Shown piece after piece: positions 18,342 to 27,926 of a stretch of DNA of 64,000 nucleotides. Position numbers and translations under genes: made by a program. Within the stretch, counting starts at the first letter, position 1, and each line of letters begins with the position of its first letter. The notes beneath the pieces were generated by a model. The model worked only from the letters and a program-made list of their open reading frames with translations. It was not told the DNA's origin and ran no database searches. The stretch lies in the IMG/VR virus record IMGVR_UViG_3300034117_002447, positions 1 to 64,000 of that record; one strand, given 5' to 3'.

Positions 18342-19832
18342 TTAAACTTTATTTTCCATTTTTTGTGCAGGAATCCAATTTCTTCTACTTAATAAAATTT
18401 CAGTAGTGAACGATGTAGATTCGTTTAGCGGGTTGTATCGGTACACGATATCTTTAACATAATACGTATCAGTTAAATTTGTATCAAGTACTAAGTCAGT
18501 TGATCTAGCTTTATCTGCAATCTCTGGCTTTTGCGAATTAGTTTGAGTTTTATCGTCATTTAAACTATCGTCATACGCTTTTTTTGCACGACTTGAGTAA
18601 ATGTTAACCTTTATTCTACTTCCTCTTAGTATATTTTGATTGAATCCTGGAAGTTTTACCTTCAATACATTCTTTTCAGCTTCAATTTTATTATGTGTGT
18701 TTAATAATTTTGAGAATTTATAATTAGTGTGAGAGTTAAGGTAATCTGTCCCAGCCCATTTAACAATATCATTTTCCAAATAATCAGTTAATTCAGGGGC
18801 CTGATACACGCTTAATCCATCAGGTGAAGGCTCAGATAAAGGCTCAGAATACCAGTCTTTTACTGGAGATTCTTCTCCGTGGCGGTATAGAACAACCCTC
18901 TTTCGAAATCCTTCAGTTTTTAGGATATCACCATTGTCACCTATCATTGAGTACTCAAGAATCTTTAGATCTGACATAGTTGTTCCAACTTCAGCGTTTG
19001 ATAGAACTAATGAAATAGTCGATTCAGTCGAATCTAACTTTCCACCTTTTTCTGCACGGCTTACGTCTAAGTAATCAGTCGCGTACGATGGATAACTTTG
19101 AGGTATTTCAGCGTCATCTTTAAATTGTTTAAATTGCTTCTCTACGTTAATAAAATTTAAGACATAATACCTGTCAATAAAGCAGTCAAAAAACGTCTTT
19201 TCGTTCTTGTATGAATGATCTGTTACCTGTTTAATAAACGATTTATAATTTAGATTAGGATTAATCCAAGTCATTGCATCATTAGTTGAATCTTCATTAC
19301 TGGCAAAACCAAGGCCAAGTTCCTCTGCTATCTTTTTTAAAGCTTGAGCAGACGTCATATTTGAATAGGACTTTATAAAATTCCCATTTAACTTAGGGAC
19401 ATATAACTCTCCAAAGAATTCATATCTAACTGAAAAACCTCCGACTGGAATTGACTGAACTCCAGTAATCAGGAAAGTTTGAGAAAATGATTTAAGCTTA
19501 GGATGGCCAGTTGCAACGTACGCTGTTAATAGGGGCTTGGTTTTTGGGTACCCTACTGAGGTTAGCGAGCCAGTCGAATCTAACACACTGACATGAATGG
19601 TTGGAATTAATGAGTTTGTAAAAACCGTCATTCCTAAAATACTATCAGCTGGCATTCTAGAATTCCCAATCATTATTAATGGAGATTTTCTACCCAAATT
19701 CTGAGCAAAACCTGAAGCGTCCGGATTACGAATCTGTCTAGTAGAGTCTGGTGTTTCTAGGTCCAGTACATCAATACTTGGCGGAGTTATCTTTGGCTCA
19801 AGCGATAATAGTATTTGGTCGGACAATGCCAT
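18342..19832 (-). CDS. putative baseplate hub protein (gp27-like)
   Basis: Located between gp53-like and gp5-like genes; L..IAEELGLGFASN and FIDRYY.LNF.NV motifs. Confidence 0.55.
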   Translation of the reverse strand: MALSDQILLSLEPKITPPSIDVLDLETPDSTRQIRNPDASGFAQNLGRKSPLIMIGNSRMPADSILGMTVFTNSLIPTIHVSVLDSTGSLTSVGYPKTKPLLTAYVATGHPKLKSFSQTFLITGVQSIPVGGFSVRYEFFGELYVPKLNGNFIKSYSNMTSAQALKKIAEELGLGFASNEDSTNDAMTWINPNLNYKSFIKQVTDHSYKNEKTFFDCFIDRYYVLNFINVEKQFKQFKDDAEIPQSYPSYATDYLDVSRAEKGGKLDSTESTISLVLSNAEVGTTMSDLKILEYSMIGDNGDILKTEGFRKRVVLYRHGEESPVKDWYSEPLSEPSPDGLSVYQAPELTDYLENDIVKWAGTDYLNSHTNYKFSKLLNTHNKIEAEKNVLKVKLPGFNQNILRGSRIKVNIYSSRAKKAYDDSLNDDKTQTNSQKPEIADKARSTDLVLDTNLTDTYYVKDIVYRYNPLNESTSFTTEILLSRRNWIPAQKMENKV

Positions 19833-20431
19833 TATGAAAATATCTTATTTTTTACTAACGCTGCCTGTAGCTTGGTTCTAGAAATTGGATCAGGACAATC
19901 TTCTTTCTTAACTGACGTTACGTCGGTTCCAAATACAATTTTACCATTAACAACCTTCACTGAATTATCTTTAGCGATATTAGGCGGAGCCACCGTTGCT
20001 GCTGAATTAGCCTGTAGATAGTCAAGGCGATTCTTATCCTGTTTAGTTTTAGGAGAAATAAACGCAGTCTTTTTCTTCTTTCTAGTAGAAGTCTGCCAAT
20101 TCTCATTATTTCCATTAATATCAACCGGTTTGACCAACATCCCAGATAGAGCAGAGCCGTCTGGTACTTTTATTAAGTCATTAACGTCTAGCGAAAATGG
20201 ATTAGAGATTCCGTTGTATTTAAAAAGAACACATACGAAACTGGCAGTCTGATAAAATATTTTGGAAATCAAATCCCCTCGCATCTGAATTCCTTCTTCG
20301 ACTGCATACGTTCTTCCTTGGTTAACTAGAACTCCTCTAAACGAAACACTTCGCCGAGTTAAGTCGTTAACTACATCGCCGTTTGTTTTTGTAAAGTCGC
20401 CTTTTTGTTGTAAAACTTTTAAATCTAGCAT
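19832..20431 (-). CDS. baseplate wedge protein (gp53/LysM-like)
   Basis: RGDLISKIFY.....VLFKYNGISNPFSL....I.VP pattern. Confidence 0.6.
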   Translation of the reverse strand: MLDLKVLQQKGDFTKTNGDVVNDLTRRSVSFRGVLVNQGRTYAVEEGIQMRGDLISKIFYQTASFVCVLFKYNGISNPFSLDVNDLIKVPDGSALSGMLVKPVDINGNNENWQTSTRKKKKTAFISPKTKQDKNRLDYLQANSAATVAPPNIAKDNSVKVVNGKIVFGTDVTSVKKEDCPDPISRTKLQAALVKNKIFS

Positions 20432-20442
20432 ACTTAATCTTA

Positions 20443-22443
20443 TTAATTTTGTCCGTATTCTCTTTGGTAATAGTATAGAAGTAAACTATCATCAAGGCCT
20501 CCACTCTTATCTGCATCATTGAATTTAGCCTCATTTTGCTCAAATCCATATCCTCCGAGAAATCTATTTCTAAAGTTATGATAGCGACCTTTTGATCCCG
20601 CGCTTAGACTATTGTAATACTCAGTTAATTTTTCAGTAGACGCATCTCCACTTGTTCCAGCAATAGCATTCCATGTAGTATTATTCTGTTCGCCAAAGGT
20701 GTCTTCTAAAGTTGACGATTTTAGCATACCTGCCGTTAACTTAGTCTCACCAGCGTTAAGCATTCTCTCAATTGCCGTTTTATCTCTCGGCTTTCCTTGT
20801 TTTAAAGTAACCGTAAATGTTACGCCAGTAGGAAAATCGTCAGGGCCAATTTCTTGATCCCACTCCATTGCAGTATTCGTACAAATTAAATCCCCCATTA
20901 CGAAAATAGGGTTCATTGGATTTCCAACGACTAGATGCCACTCTCCAACCGGTCGGTCCGATAGTGCTGCCTTAATTGAAATTAGGTCAGGCACTGCTGA
21001 TCCAAGCTTAGTCATCAGCGCAGACTGTATTCCATCACTTAATAATTTAGCCGGGTCATTCATAAATTTACTACCGGCTAGGTCAACTGCTGACAACATA
21101 CTGCTTACGATCTTAGAAAATTCTTCTGAATTATTGCCTGAATAAGTCGACCCCCAGCTAGTCAGCATCTTTCCCAACGCCTCAGTCATTGTAGGGCTAA
21201 ACTTTAAACCTACTTTAGGGTAATATCTAGCAAGCTGCCCTAAAAATTGTGCATCATTGTAAGTTAAATTCATAAAATTAGAAATTAGGTCTAGTGCTGC
21301 TATTTTTGGACTTAATCCATTAAAAGACCTAAATGAATATGCGAATTTAATCGTCATTCCAGTTTGACTATTAGTTTCTTGCATACCGCGTTTTCTTCTA
21401 GAAGTCTTATCAATTACGTTAACTGGCCCGTATATTCTATTCCAATATGGACCAGTTGTATATAAGTTCTTTTGATACTGTTGCATTTTTGCATCGTATC
21501 CACTAAGCTCCTGGATGTTTTGATCCGACCCACTAAATGTTGCGTATGCTGCCTCAAGTGTAGTTTTTAATGCAGCTCCTCCAGGAAGACCCTGTATAGT
21601 TGATAATAATTCACTAAACGTAACCTCATTACCTGTGATTTCTTGTTCAGAAACAGTCAATGATTCCCATGGAATGTCCCAAGCAAATATTCCTAATTTA
21701 TTTAAGTCGTTAAGAGTGTCTGACCCAAACCAAGTAACTGCCTGTGCAATAGGTATTGCATTTTTACGCTGATCCGCTTGACCGAGTCTCAAGCTATCTG
21801 CAATTGGGAATGGGTATCTACGTAGGGTTACTAATCTATTATTCGGAACCTTTCCATAGTCTTTACAATACATAAAATCAGTTAATGCATAAGGCTGGAA
21901 ACCAACTGAGGTCCCCGCCGATATGTTTGCTCCCCACTGCTTTAATTTAGTAGCAGACGGATTCGATAAAATTCCTTCTTGATTAGTCTTAAAATTTCTA
22001 GCCTTCTGCCTAAGAGGGCCAGCCACTTTTTCCCATTGTGCAAGCTTTGCAAGTAGAGCTTTAGTCCTTTCTGCCGGGTCAGTTATTCCACTGGCATTAA
22101 TTCCAATAATCGCCAATTGTATGTCACTTGCTGCTTTATCTTCTGCTTCGTATTGGCTTGAATCTTTTAAATTACTTGAAAATCCAATAAAGTGACCTTC
22201 TGCTCGATATTTACTTCCTGCATTTAAAGGAGAGTACTGAAAAACTGTAAATTTATTAAATATCGAACTTACATTATGTTGGATTATTCCGTTATTCTCA
22301 GTTCCGATTAGAGATCCAAGTTCTCCAAAATCGCCTTTTAGAGTTCCAGTACCTCCAACTTTAGCTAAGGCCTCCATGTAATTAACTCCAGCGAATGCCG
22401 TATCGGTTACTAGATTAGTATGCGTTGTTATTTCGTCTGCCAT
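20443..22443 (-). CDS. baseplate/tail-tube junction protein (putative)
   Basis: First gene of the baseplate operon after a late promoter; C-terminal GEWHL.VGNP.NP...MG.LIC...GPDDFP..V.F.VTL..G.PRD tube-like domain. Confidence 0.55.
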   Translation of the reverse strand: MADEITTHTNLVTDTAFAGVNYMEALAKVGGTGTLKGDFGELGSLIGTENNGIIQHNVSSIFNKFTVFQYSPLNAGSKYRAEGHFIGFSSNLKDSSQYEAEDKAASDIQLAIIGINASGITDPAERTKALLAKLAQWEKVAGPLRQKARNFKTNQEGILSNPSATKLKQWGANISAGTSVGFQPYALTDFMYCKDYGKVPNNRLVTLRRYPFPIADSLRLGQADQRKNAIPIAQAVTWFGSDTLNDLNKLGIFAWDIPWESLTVSEQEITGNEVTFSELLSTIQGLPGGAALKTTLEAAYATFSGSDQNIQELSGYDAKMQQYQKNLYTTGPYWNRIYGPVNVIDKTSRRKRGMQETNSQTGMTIKFAYSFRSFNGLSPKIAALDLISNFMNLTYNDAQFLGQLARYYPKVGLKFSPTMTEALGKMLTSWGSTYSGNNSEEFSKIVSSMLSAVDLAGSKFMNDPAKLLSDGIQSALMTKLGSAVPDLISIKAALSDRPVGEWHLVVGNPMNPIFVMGDLICTNTAMEWDQEIGPDDFPTGVTFTVTLKQGKPRDKTAIERMLNAGETKLTAGMLKSSTLEDTFGEQNNTTWNAIAGTSGDASTEKLTEYYNSLSAGSKGRYHNFRNRFLGGYGFEQNEAKFNDADKSGGLDDSLLLYYYQREYGQN

Positions 22444-22468
22444 TTCTTTTGATTTGTTTCGTTATAGT

Positions 22469-22475
22469 TATTTAT
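22469..22475 (-). promoter_or_regulatory. late promoter ATAAATA
   Basis: Upstream of the baseplate operon, just after a terminator. Confidence 0.7.
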
Positions 22476-22485
22476 CGACCTAAAT

Positions 22486-22514
22486 AAAAAAAGGAAGATC
22501 GACAGACCTTCCTT
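22486..22514 (-). terminator. intrinsic terminator
   Basis: AAGGAAG..CTTCCTT stem with a T-run on the minus strand. Confidence 0.75.
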
Positions 22515-22536
22515 TCCAGTATTTCAGAGTAACTGA

Positions 22537-23034
22537 TTAGCTTCCGATCTGCACCGTGTATGTAAATTTACTTACGTCAAATCCACCGTGCATGTCTATT
22601 TCAATACCATGTGGATAAAAAGGCAAGCCTTCTATCTTAGCTTCAACTCTTCCTGAGAAATCTCCGCCGTCTTCTAATTCAATCTCGTGCCAAATTTCTT
22701 CATCGGTAGCCTCGTCCCAAATTGAATATTCTATCATAAGATAGAAGCCCTTAAGTTCAAAATCAATATCCTCAATTCCATGTCGTGAGTGAACTGCATC
22801 GATTTTATACAGTATCTTGCATGTTCCGTGAGAATGGTCGTTTATTTCCGCCATTGAGTCAAAACCTAAATCTTTCAGCTGGTCCTTATCTTCAGGAGAA
22901 ATACCAGCAGCCTTGTTTTCAATCTGTCTAGGAAAATTAGTTAAGTCAACGTCATATCTTTCCACTTCCATGGTCAATACATCATCTGCCCATGGATTTT
23001 TGTATTCTTCGTATAGAGCTACGTGTTTCTGCAT
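22537..23034 (-). CDS. acidic hypothetical protein
   Basis: VALYEEY N-terminus; LKDLGF motif. Confidence 0.75.
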   Translation of the reverse strand: MQKHVALYEEYKNPWADDVLTMEVERYDVDLTNFPRQIENKAAGISPEDKDQLKDLGFDSMAEINDHSHGTCKILYKIDAVHSRHGIEDIDFELKGFYLMIEYSIWDEATDEEIWHEIELEDGGDFSGRVEAKIEGLPFYPHGIEIDMHGGFDVSKFTYTVQIGS

Positions 23035-23420
23035 TATTTAGCGAATTTTAATTTTTTCTTCTCTGAAACTGCTTCGGATTTAGCAATTACTGCTAATCTA
23101 TATTCCAGCTCCTTAAACGAAGACACTCGACGTTCATTAACTAATTTACTCTTAGCTAAATTACGTTTTTTAGACTCATCAACCTTCTTAACAAGGTCGA
23201 TATTATCTTGGTAAAGTCCTGGGACTACCACAATTTCTTCTCCGTTAAACTCAATTGGTCTAACTAATTCTACTTCAAAACGATCCACATCTGGTTCGTA
23301 ACTGTTTTGATAAATCTCGGTGATTACTGCTTCAAGGCCATCTACTAATTCCAACAGACCGTTTTGCATCTCCTCAACGTCCGTCTTGATTACCACCTTG
23401 TCTCCGACTGAAAATTTCAT
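23034..23420 (-). CDS. hypothetical protein (KOW/SH3-like N-terminus)
   Basis: MKFSVGDKVVI pattern. Confidence 0.7.
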   Translation of the reverse strand: MKFSVGDKVVIKTDVEEMQNGLLELVDGLEAVITEIYQNSYEPDVDRFEVELVRPIEFNGEEIVVVPGLYQDNIDLVKKVDESKKRNLAKSKLVNERRVSSFKELEYRLAVIAKSEAVSEKKKLKFAK

Positions 23421-23686
23421 ACTTTCTCTTTTTTAATTTTTAGGGTTAAGTCTTCGGTTCCTTTAATAAGGCGGTGCCAGTCATGTTTAGGAATCGTTAC
23501 TATATTATTTAACGACGTCGGCAGTGCATTATCCATTTGAATCATCCAGTCCGTGTCATTTTCTGAAATTAAATGTCGAGTTTCGTCGTCTCTATGCCAT
23601 TTTAACTCAATTGGATCTATGTCTTGTGAGAAGGTTCTAACAAGTTCAGTACCAACCTCATTAATATCAACATAAGGCTTTATCAT
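23417..23686 (-). CDS. small cupin-like phage protein
   Basis: WHRD....I...DW..QMDNALP......IPK..WHRLIKG. Confidence 0.7.
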   Translation of the reverse strand: MIKPYVDINEVGTELVRTFSQDIDPIELKWHRDDETRHLISENDTDWMIQMDNALPTSLNNIVTIPKHDWHRLIKGTEDLTLKIKKEKV

Positions 23687-24180
23687 TTCTTTCTTACCTT
23701 TTGAGCTAAGTCCTTATCCGCCTTTCCCCAAGTTCCACTTGATTTTGTAACAAAAGAGTTTACTCTAGCATGGGCCCATGCTTCTTGACTTTGACCTGGT
23801 CGGTGACCTGTCTTCCAAGCAGCCATTCCTCTATTAAATACTTGCTTAAGAATACCAAATGGCATCTTATATTTTTCAGCTTTCTTCTTTAGTGATTTGT
23901 CTGCTGGGCTAGACTCATTAATTTCTACCCATTCGGAAAATTTATAGACGAGAGTCTCATCCATTTCACGATTCACCTTTTTGGTAAATGAGCTTTTAAC
24001 TTTAGAGCCTTTAAATTTTCCTGATTTATCTAGGTCTCCGGGCATTGGTTTATATGCATTATCGTCCGAATCGCTCATTTTTGATTGACGATTCATTTGA
24101 TTCAGCTTTTTATTCTTTTGATCCTTAGCCAGTCCTTTAAAATACGGACCTGATTTTCCAGTTACCTTGCCTTCGTTCAT
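23683..24180 (-). CDS. conserved large-phage protein (basic)
   Basis: GILKQVFNRGMAAWKTGHRPG...WAHARVNSF motif seen in large phages and giant viruses; late promoter at 24188. Confidence 0.7.
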   Translation of the reverse strand: MNEGKVTGKSGPYFKGLAKDQKNKKLNQMNRQSKMSDSDDNAYKPMPGDLDKSGKFKGSKVKSSFTKKVNREMDETLVYKFSEWVEINESSPADKSLKKKAEKYKMPFGILKQVFNRGMAAWKTGHRPGQSQEAWAHARVNSFVTKSSGTWGKADKDLAQKVRKK

Positions 24181-24196
24181 TTGTACCTATTTTATT

Positions 24197-25144
24197 TTAC
24201 CAAAATCCTGGGTAAGTTTTACCTCCCCATAAGTTAGCATATCGATTTATTCTACATGCCCAATAACCGGCAGTAAGTCTATCATTTTTTAGATGACATT
24301 GGTGCCTAGCCGCGAAACTTTTTCTAGCTTTCGGATCACTAACCTTTGCAGTTAGTCCACCGTGAACGTCTCCAAATGAAATCTTCTTTACCCTTTTTGT
24401 TTTTGGATTCATTACGTAAACGTGGTATTTCTTGGCTCCACCTCGAGCAGGTTTTCCAAGTTCAACCGATCTTCCTTGATACTCTGCCTCAAATAGAAAA
24501 TCTAATGGAACTAGTTCTCCACCGTATTCTCCAAATAAACCTAAATCCGTTTCTTCAAACAGAATCTGATCTATTCCAGACAGTGCTAATTCGCCTGACT
24601 CAAATCGACTTCGGGCTTCAGCTAATAGGCTAAAGTGAGCATCACTGGCTGGTCTATAAATAGACTCGCATACTGATAAATTATTTGTGATATGGTATTC
24701 TAAACCTTCAGACATTGGATCAAGATCCGGATTAGGAATCATTCTCCATCGTTTCTCTAGATTTGCTCCTTGACCTCTAGCTAATTTAACTTCTATTGAA
24801 TTTGCTTTTACTACCTCTAATGCATTAATATAATCCCCTGAATCCAATAGATCCTGAACCATTTCTGCATCGTCTGCTGCAAGTTTTGCCATGTAAACTA
24901 CTGGGTGTCTTTGTTGATTGAAGTGGCATCTCATACTCATCATACTTAGTGTATGATTGAACGATTTAGCTTGACCTCCAGTAAATCCCATGTCTTCAAG
25001 CTCTCCTAGTTCTTCTACGTTTGGAGCAGGCATAAAAGATTCAAGACCCTTGCAATCAGCGATCCCATAGTACCATTCACCATCTACTTCTTCAACTGAT
25101 TCATTGAATGCTTTAAATGGTTTAATATGGTTTTGCATTTGCAT
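24197..25144 (-). CDS. conserved large-phage protein
   Basis: IKPFKAFNE N-terminus; C-terminal AEYQGR.V.LGKP...KKY.VYV.NP...KKISFGD...RKSF.ARH.C...AGYWAC domain. Confidence 0.75.
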   Translation of the reverse strand: MQMQNHIKPFKAFNESVEEVDGEWYYGIADCKGLESFMPAPNVEELGELEDMGFTGGQAKSFNHTLSMMSMRCHFNQQRHPVVYMAKLAADDAEMVQDLLDSGDYINALEVVKANSIEVKLARGQGANLEKRWRMIPNPDLDPMSEGLEYHITNNLSVCESIYRPASDAHFSLLAEARSRFESGELALSGIDQILFEETDLGLFGEYGGELVPLDFLFEAEYQGRSVELGKPARGGAKKYHVYVMNPKTKRVKKISFGDVHGGLTAKVSDPKARKSFAARHQCHLKNDRLTAGYWACRINRYANLWGGKTYPGFW

Positions 25145-25157
25145 AATTTAATATTAT

Positions 25158-25583
25158 TTAAGCCTCTTCGCAAAGGTGTTCTTCGTTAACTGAATACCCA
25201 ACTCCGCAGTTTTCGCAAACCATAGAGTTTTCTTCCGACTCGTCGTTCTCGCGAATAGAGTCTTCTGCCATTTCATTGATTAAGAAATTTGCAACTTCTT
25301 CGATATCGTCCTTTGATGTAGCTATATGATCTGCTGCCCAATCGTGTCCATTCGTTAGAACCGCATCCACTTTTGATGGATCCATTTCCAATAAAATATC
25401 AACAAGTCTCTTAATTGTCTCTAGATTTCCAAAGAACATATAATTCTCAGCTCTATGATCATCATGATCAGTTGTGTGAGCTACTCGTTGTTCCATATCG
25501 TGATGAGGCGCTCTATGCGGCATCATTTCATGGTGTTCTGGTCCTTCTAGGAAATTTTCAAATGTTTTAACAATTTTATTCAT
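25158..25583 (-). CDS. hypothetical protein with His-rich segment and C-terminal CxxC
   Basis: VKTFENFLE N-terminus; NYMFF.NL...GHDWA.DHI motif. Confidence 0.75.
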   Translation of the reverse strand: MNKIVKTFENFLEGPEHHEMMPHRAPHHDMEQRVAHTTDHDDHRAENYMFFGNLETIKRLVDILLEMDPSKVDAVLTNGHDWAADHIATSKDDIEEVANFLINEMAEDSIRENDESEENSMVCENCGVGYSVNEEHLCEEA

Positions 25584-25585
25584 TA

Positions 25586-27142
25586 TTATAGGTTATTTTG
25601 TTCTTTTATAAAATCAGCGAAGCCTAATACAACGCCATACTTTTTCTTTTTGCCTTTTTTCTGAATTCCGAAATTATCTCCAGAACCAAATGATGTTTCA
25701 GTCGGTGGTGTAATAGCTCCCATTCCGCCAATTGATCCAGGTACCTGTGGAGAAACTCCAGGAGCTACTCCATCTTCGCTAACCTGTTTAGCCTTAGGTT
25801 CGTCTACTACAGAAGTATCGAATATGAATAGTCGACTAAACGCATCAGCTTTCATTTCTCCTTCTCGGCCTTTTACCGCTTTTCCTATTACTTTAGCTGC
25901 GCCGTTTAGGGTTTTTGCATAAATCGCATGTGCCCATTTACCAGTTCTTTCAAAAGCTTGTGCAGTTACTCCGCCGGTTTTTTCTCCACCGAATATCAAC
26001 TCCATTAACGATTGAGCAGCTTTTCTAAATTTCATTAATTTAGTTTCGTCTGCTATTTGTTTTCCATTTACTGGAAGAGAAGTTCTTTCGTATAACGGTA
26101 GTTTCTTATTAAAATCGTAATGGATTCCTTTATATTTCTTGGTATCGAATTGCTTATTCTTAGCCTTTTCAATTAACGCTACTTGAATCTGGTCAATTAG
26201 TCGCAATAGGTATTCCTTTGCTTCAGTCGATACGTCCGGAAATCCATTAACGCTTGTTCTAAGCTTATTCGCTTCCGCTAAAATATCATTCTCGTTTGTC
26301 CAATTTGTGTATTGAAATTCAAATATTCGTCTAATTAAAGAGGCAACGTTCTTATTTACGTAAACTCCAGCCTTAATGTCAGAGGTTACGTCATTTCCAA
26401 GTTCTGATGATATTTGAGAAGTGTACGTTGCTGTAGCATCTTCAATTCCGGCTGAAACTTCCTCCGGCATTTCCGCTGCTAAGATTTCAGCTGCTTCTAA
26501 ATTTGAAAATACTTCCTGTGCAGCAGCTTCTTTTTCTTCTTGATTTTGAGCTCCTTGAAATTTAGAATAAGACTGTTTAGTTTTCTCTGCTGGTATAATT
26601 ACCATTAGTGAATACAAATTATAGAGTTCATCGTTTATTTCAGAAACCTTTTTATTAATTTCTTCACTAAAATCAGGCTCGTCACCAGCTTTCTTTTTAG
26701 AGGCTTTGTTTTGATAAATTAGCTCAATTACTCTAACTCTACAAACAAATTTTGTAATTTTATCTGTAATTTGACCAACTTTTGCTTCATTTACCGGAAC
26801 CTCATTTAGAGCTTTCATTAACTCTTCTCTAAAGACTTTGATTCTTTCCTGTAAATATGCAAAATACTCCTCAAGAGTTTGCTTCATTTTAGGATCCGAA
26901 AATATCTTTGACAGAGTCGGATCATCTAATTTTCCAGTAAGCTCATCTTCTCCTAAATTAAATAGCATATCAAGAAGACGATTTAGGTCCTCGTTATTAT
27001 CGCCAGTAGGCCCAGATCCAGTCGTATCATCTTCGGACTTTACTTTATTGAGAATATCGTTAGCCTCATCGCCGATCTGAATCAGGTCAGTTTCAAGAAT
27101 TAAATTCTCAATTGATTGTAATTTTCTTACTTTTAAAAACAT
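25586..27142 (-). CDS. hypothetical helical protein
   Basis: 518-aa ORF in a tightly packed operon; C-terminal VLGFADFIKE. Confidence 0.75.
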   Translation of the reverse strand: MFLKVRKLQSIENLILETDLIQIGDEANDILNKVKSEDDTTGSGPTGDNNEDLNRLLDMLFNLGEDELTGKLDDPTLSKIFSDPKMKQTLEEYFAYLQERIKVFREELMKALNEVPVNEAKVGQITDKITKFVCRVRVIELIYQNKASKKKAGDEPDFSEEINKKVSEINDELYNLYSLMVIIPAEKTKQSYSKFQGAQNQEEKEAAAQEVFSNLEAAEILAAEMPEEVSAGIEDATATYTSQISSELGNDVTSDIKAGVYVNKNVASLIRRIFEFQYTNWTNENDILAEANKLRTSVNGFPDVSTEAKEYLLRLIDQIQVALIEKAKNKQFDTKKYKGIHYDFNKKLPLYERTSLPVNGKQIADETKLMKFRKAAQSLMELIFGGEKTGGVTAQAFERTGKWAHAIYAKTLNGAAKVIGKAVKGREGEMKADAFSRLFIFDTSVVDEPKAKQVSEDGVAPGVSPQVPGSIGGMGAITPPTETSFGSGDNFGIQKKGKKKKYGVVLGFADFIKEQNNL

Positions 27143-27143
27143 A

Positions 27144-27563
27144 TTACTTTTGTTGTAGCAAATATTGCGTTTTGTTTTTAAGGACTAGTACCTCATCTAT
27201 TAAATTATACAGATCAGAATCTTCCTCTCTATCAAATATTTCTGCAAATGTTCCACGTAATGCTTCATCTACTAATTTAAAGAATTCCATGTAAGCCATA
27301 TCATAATCGTAAACCATAATAGCTGCTTCTCCGAACTTAAGATTTTGTGATCCGTATTTACCAGCAATCGCTTCAACTATTGTGTCCATGCTCTCAATAA
27401 AACCTTCGTAGAAAGCTCCAAAGTGACGGTGTTCAGTATCGTATCCAGTTTGCCAGTGAATTATTTTTGCCTGATCCGCGATCTGCATTAGAGATAGCAC
27501 GAAATAGGCGATTGTTTTGTCTTCACCCGTATGTGGTTCAGTAAGGTCTTCTAGTCCAAACAT
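27144..27563 (-). CDS. ferritin/Dps-like four-helix protein
   Basis: IHWQT....EH..F..FY......D.IVE...GKYG...DL.NLIDE......NK..YLL. Confidence 0.75.
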   Translation of the reverse strand: MFGLEDLTEPHTGEDKTIAYFVLSLMQIADQAKIIHWQTGYDTEHRHFGAFYEGFIESMDTIVEAIAGKYGSQNLKFGEAAIMVYDYDMAYMEFFKLVDEALRGTFAEIFDREEDSDLYNLIDEVLVLKNKTQYLLQQK

Positions 27564-27580
27564 TAGTTTTTAAAGTATTT

Positions 27581-27871
27581 TTATCTGTCATTATCTCCAC
27601 GGCCAAGCGGACCAAGATAGTCGTGATCCTGCATATAGTCATTCGCTTTATTATTATATTTTTGGATTTTCTGCCATTTCTTAAACGGTGTAACCCAAAA
27701 GTCGCGATTCACTTTTTTCTGTAAAAAATCGTATACTTCGTTCCCGGTTGGATGCTGCATCACAGCATTCTTTAAAGGTTCTTTACCCTTCCGGTAGTTA
27801 TCTACGTTTTTAGCGCTCTTTTCCATAGGGTTATTTATTAGGCAATCTTCCACTACTTTGGAAGTTCTCAA
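27581..27871 (-). CDS. hypothetical protein
   Basis: 96-aa ORF; start uncertain (ATG at MEKSAK possible). Confidence 0.55.
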   Translation of the reverse strand: MRTSKVVEDCLINNPMEKSAKNVDNYRKGKEPLKNAVMQHPTGNEVYDFLQKKVNRDFWVTPFKKWQKIQKYNNKANDYMQDHDYLGPLGRGDNDR

Positions 27872-27926
27872 GTAAAACTTTATCCAAGTATTAAATATAA
27901 TTAGTTAACAAAAACTGTATACATCA

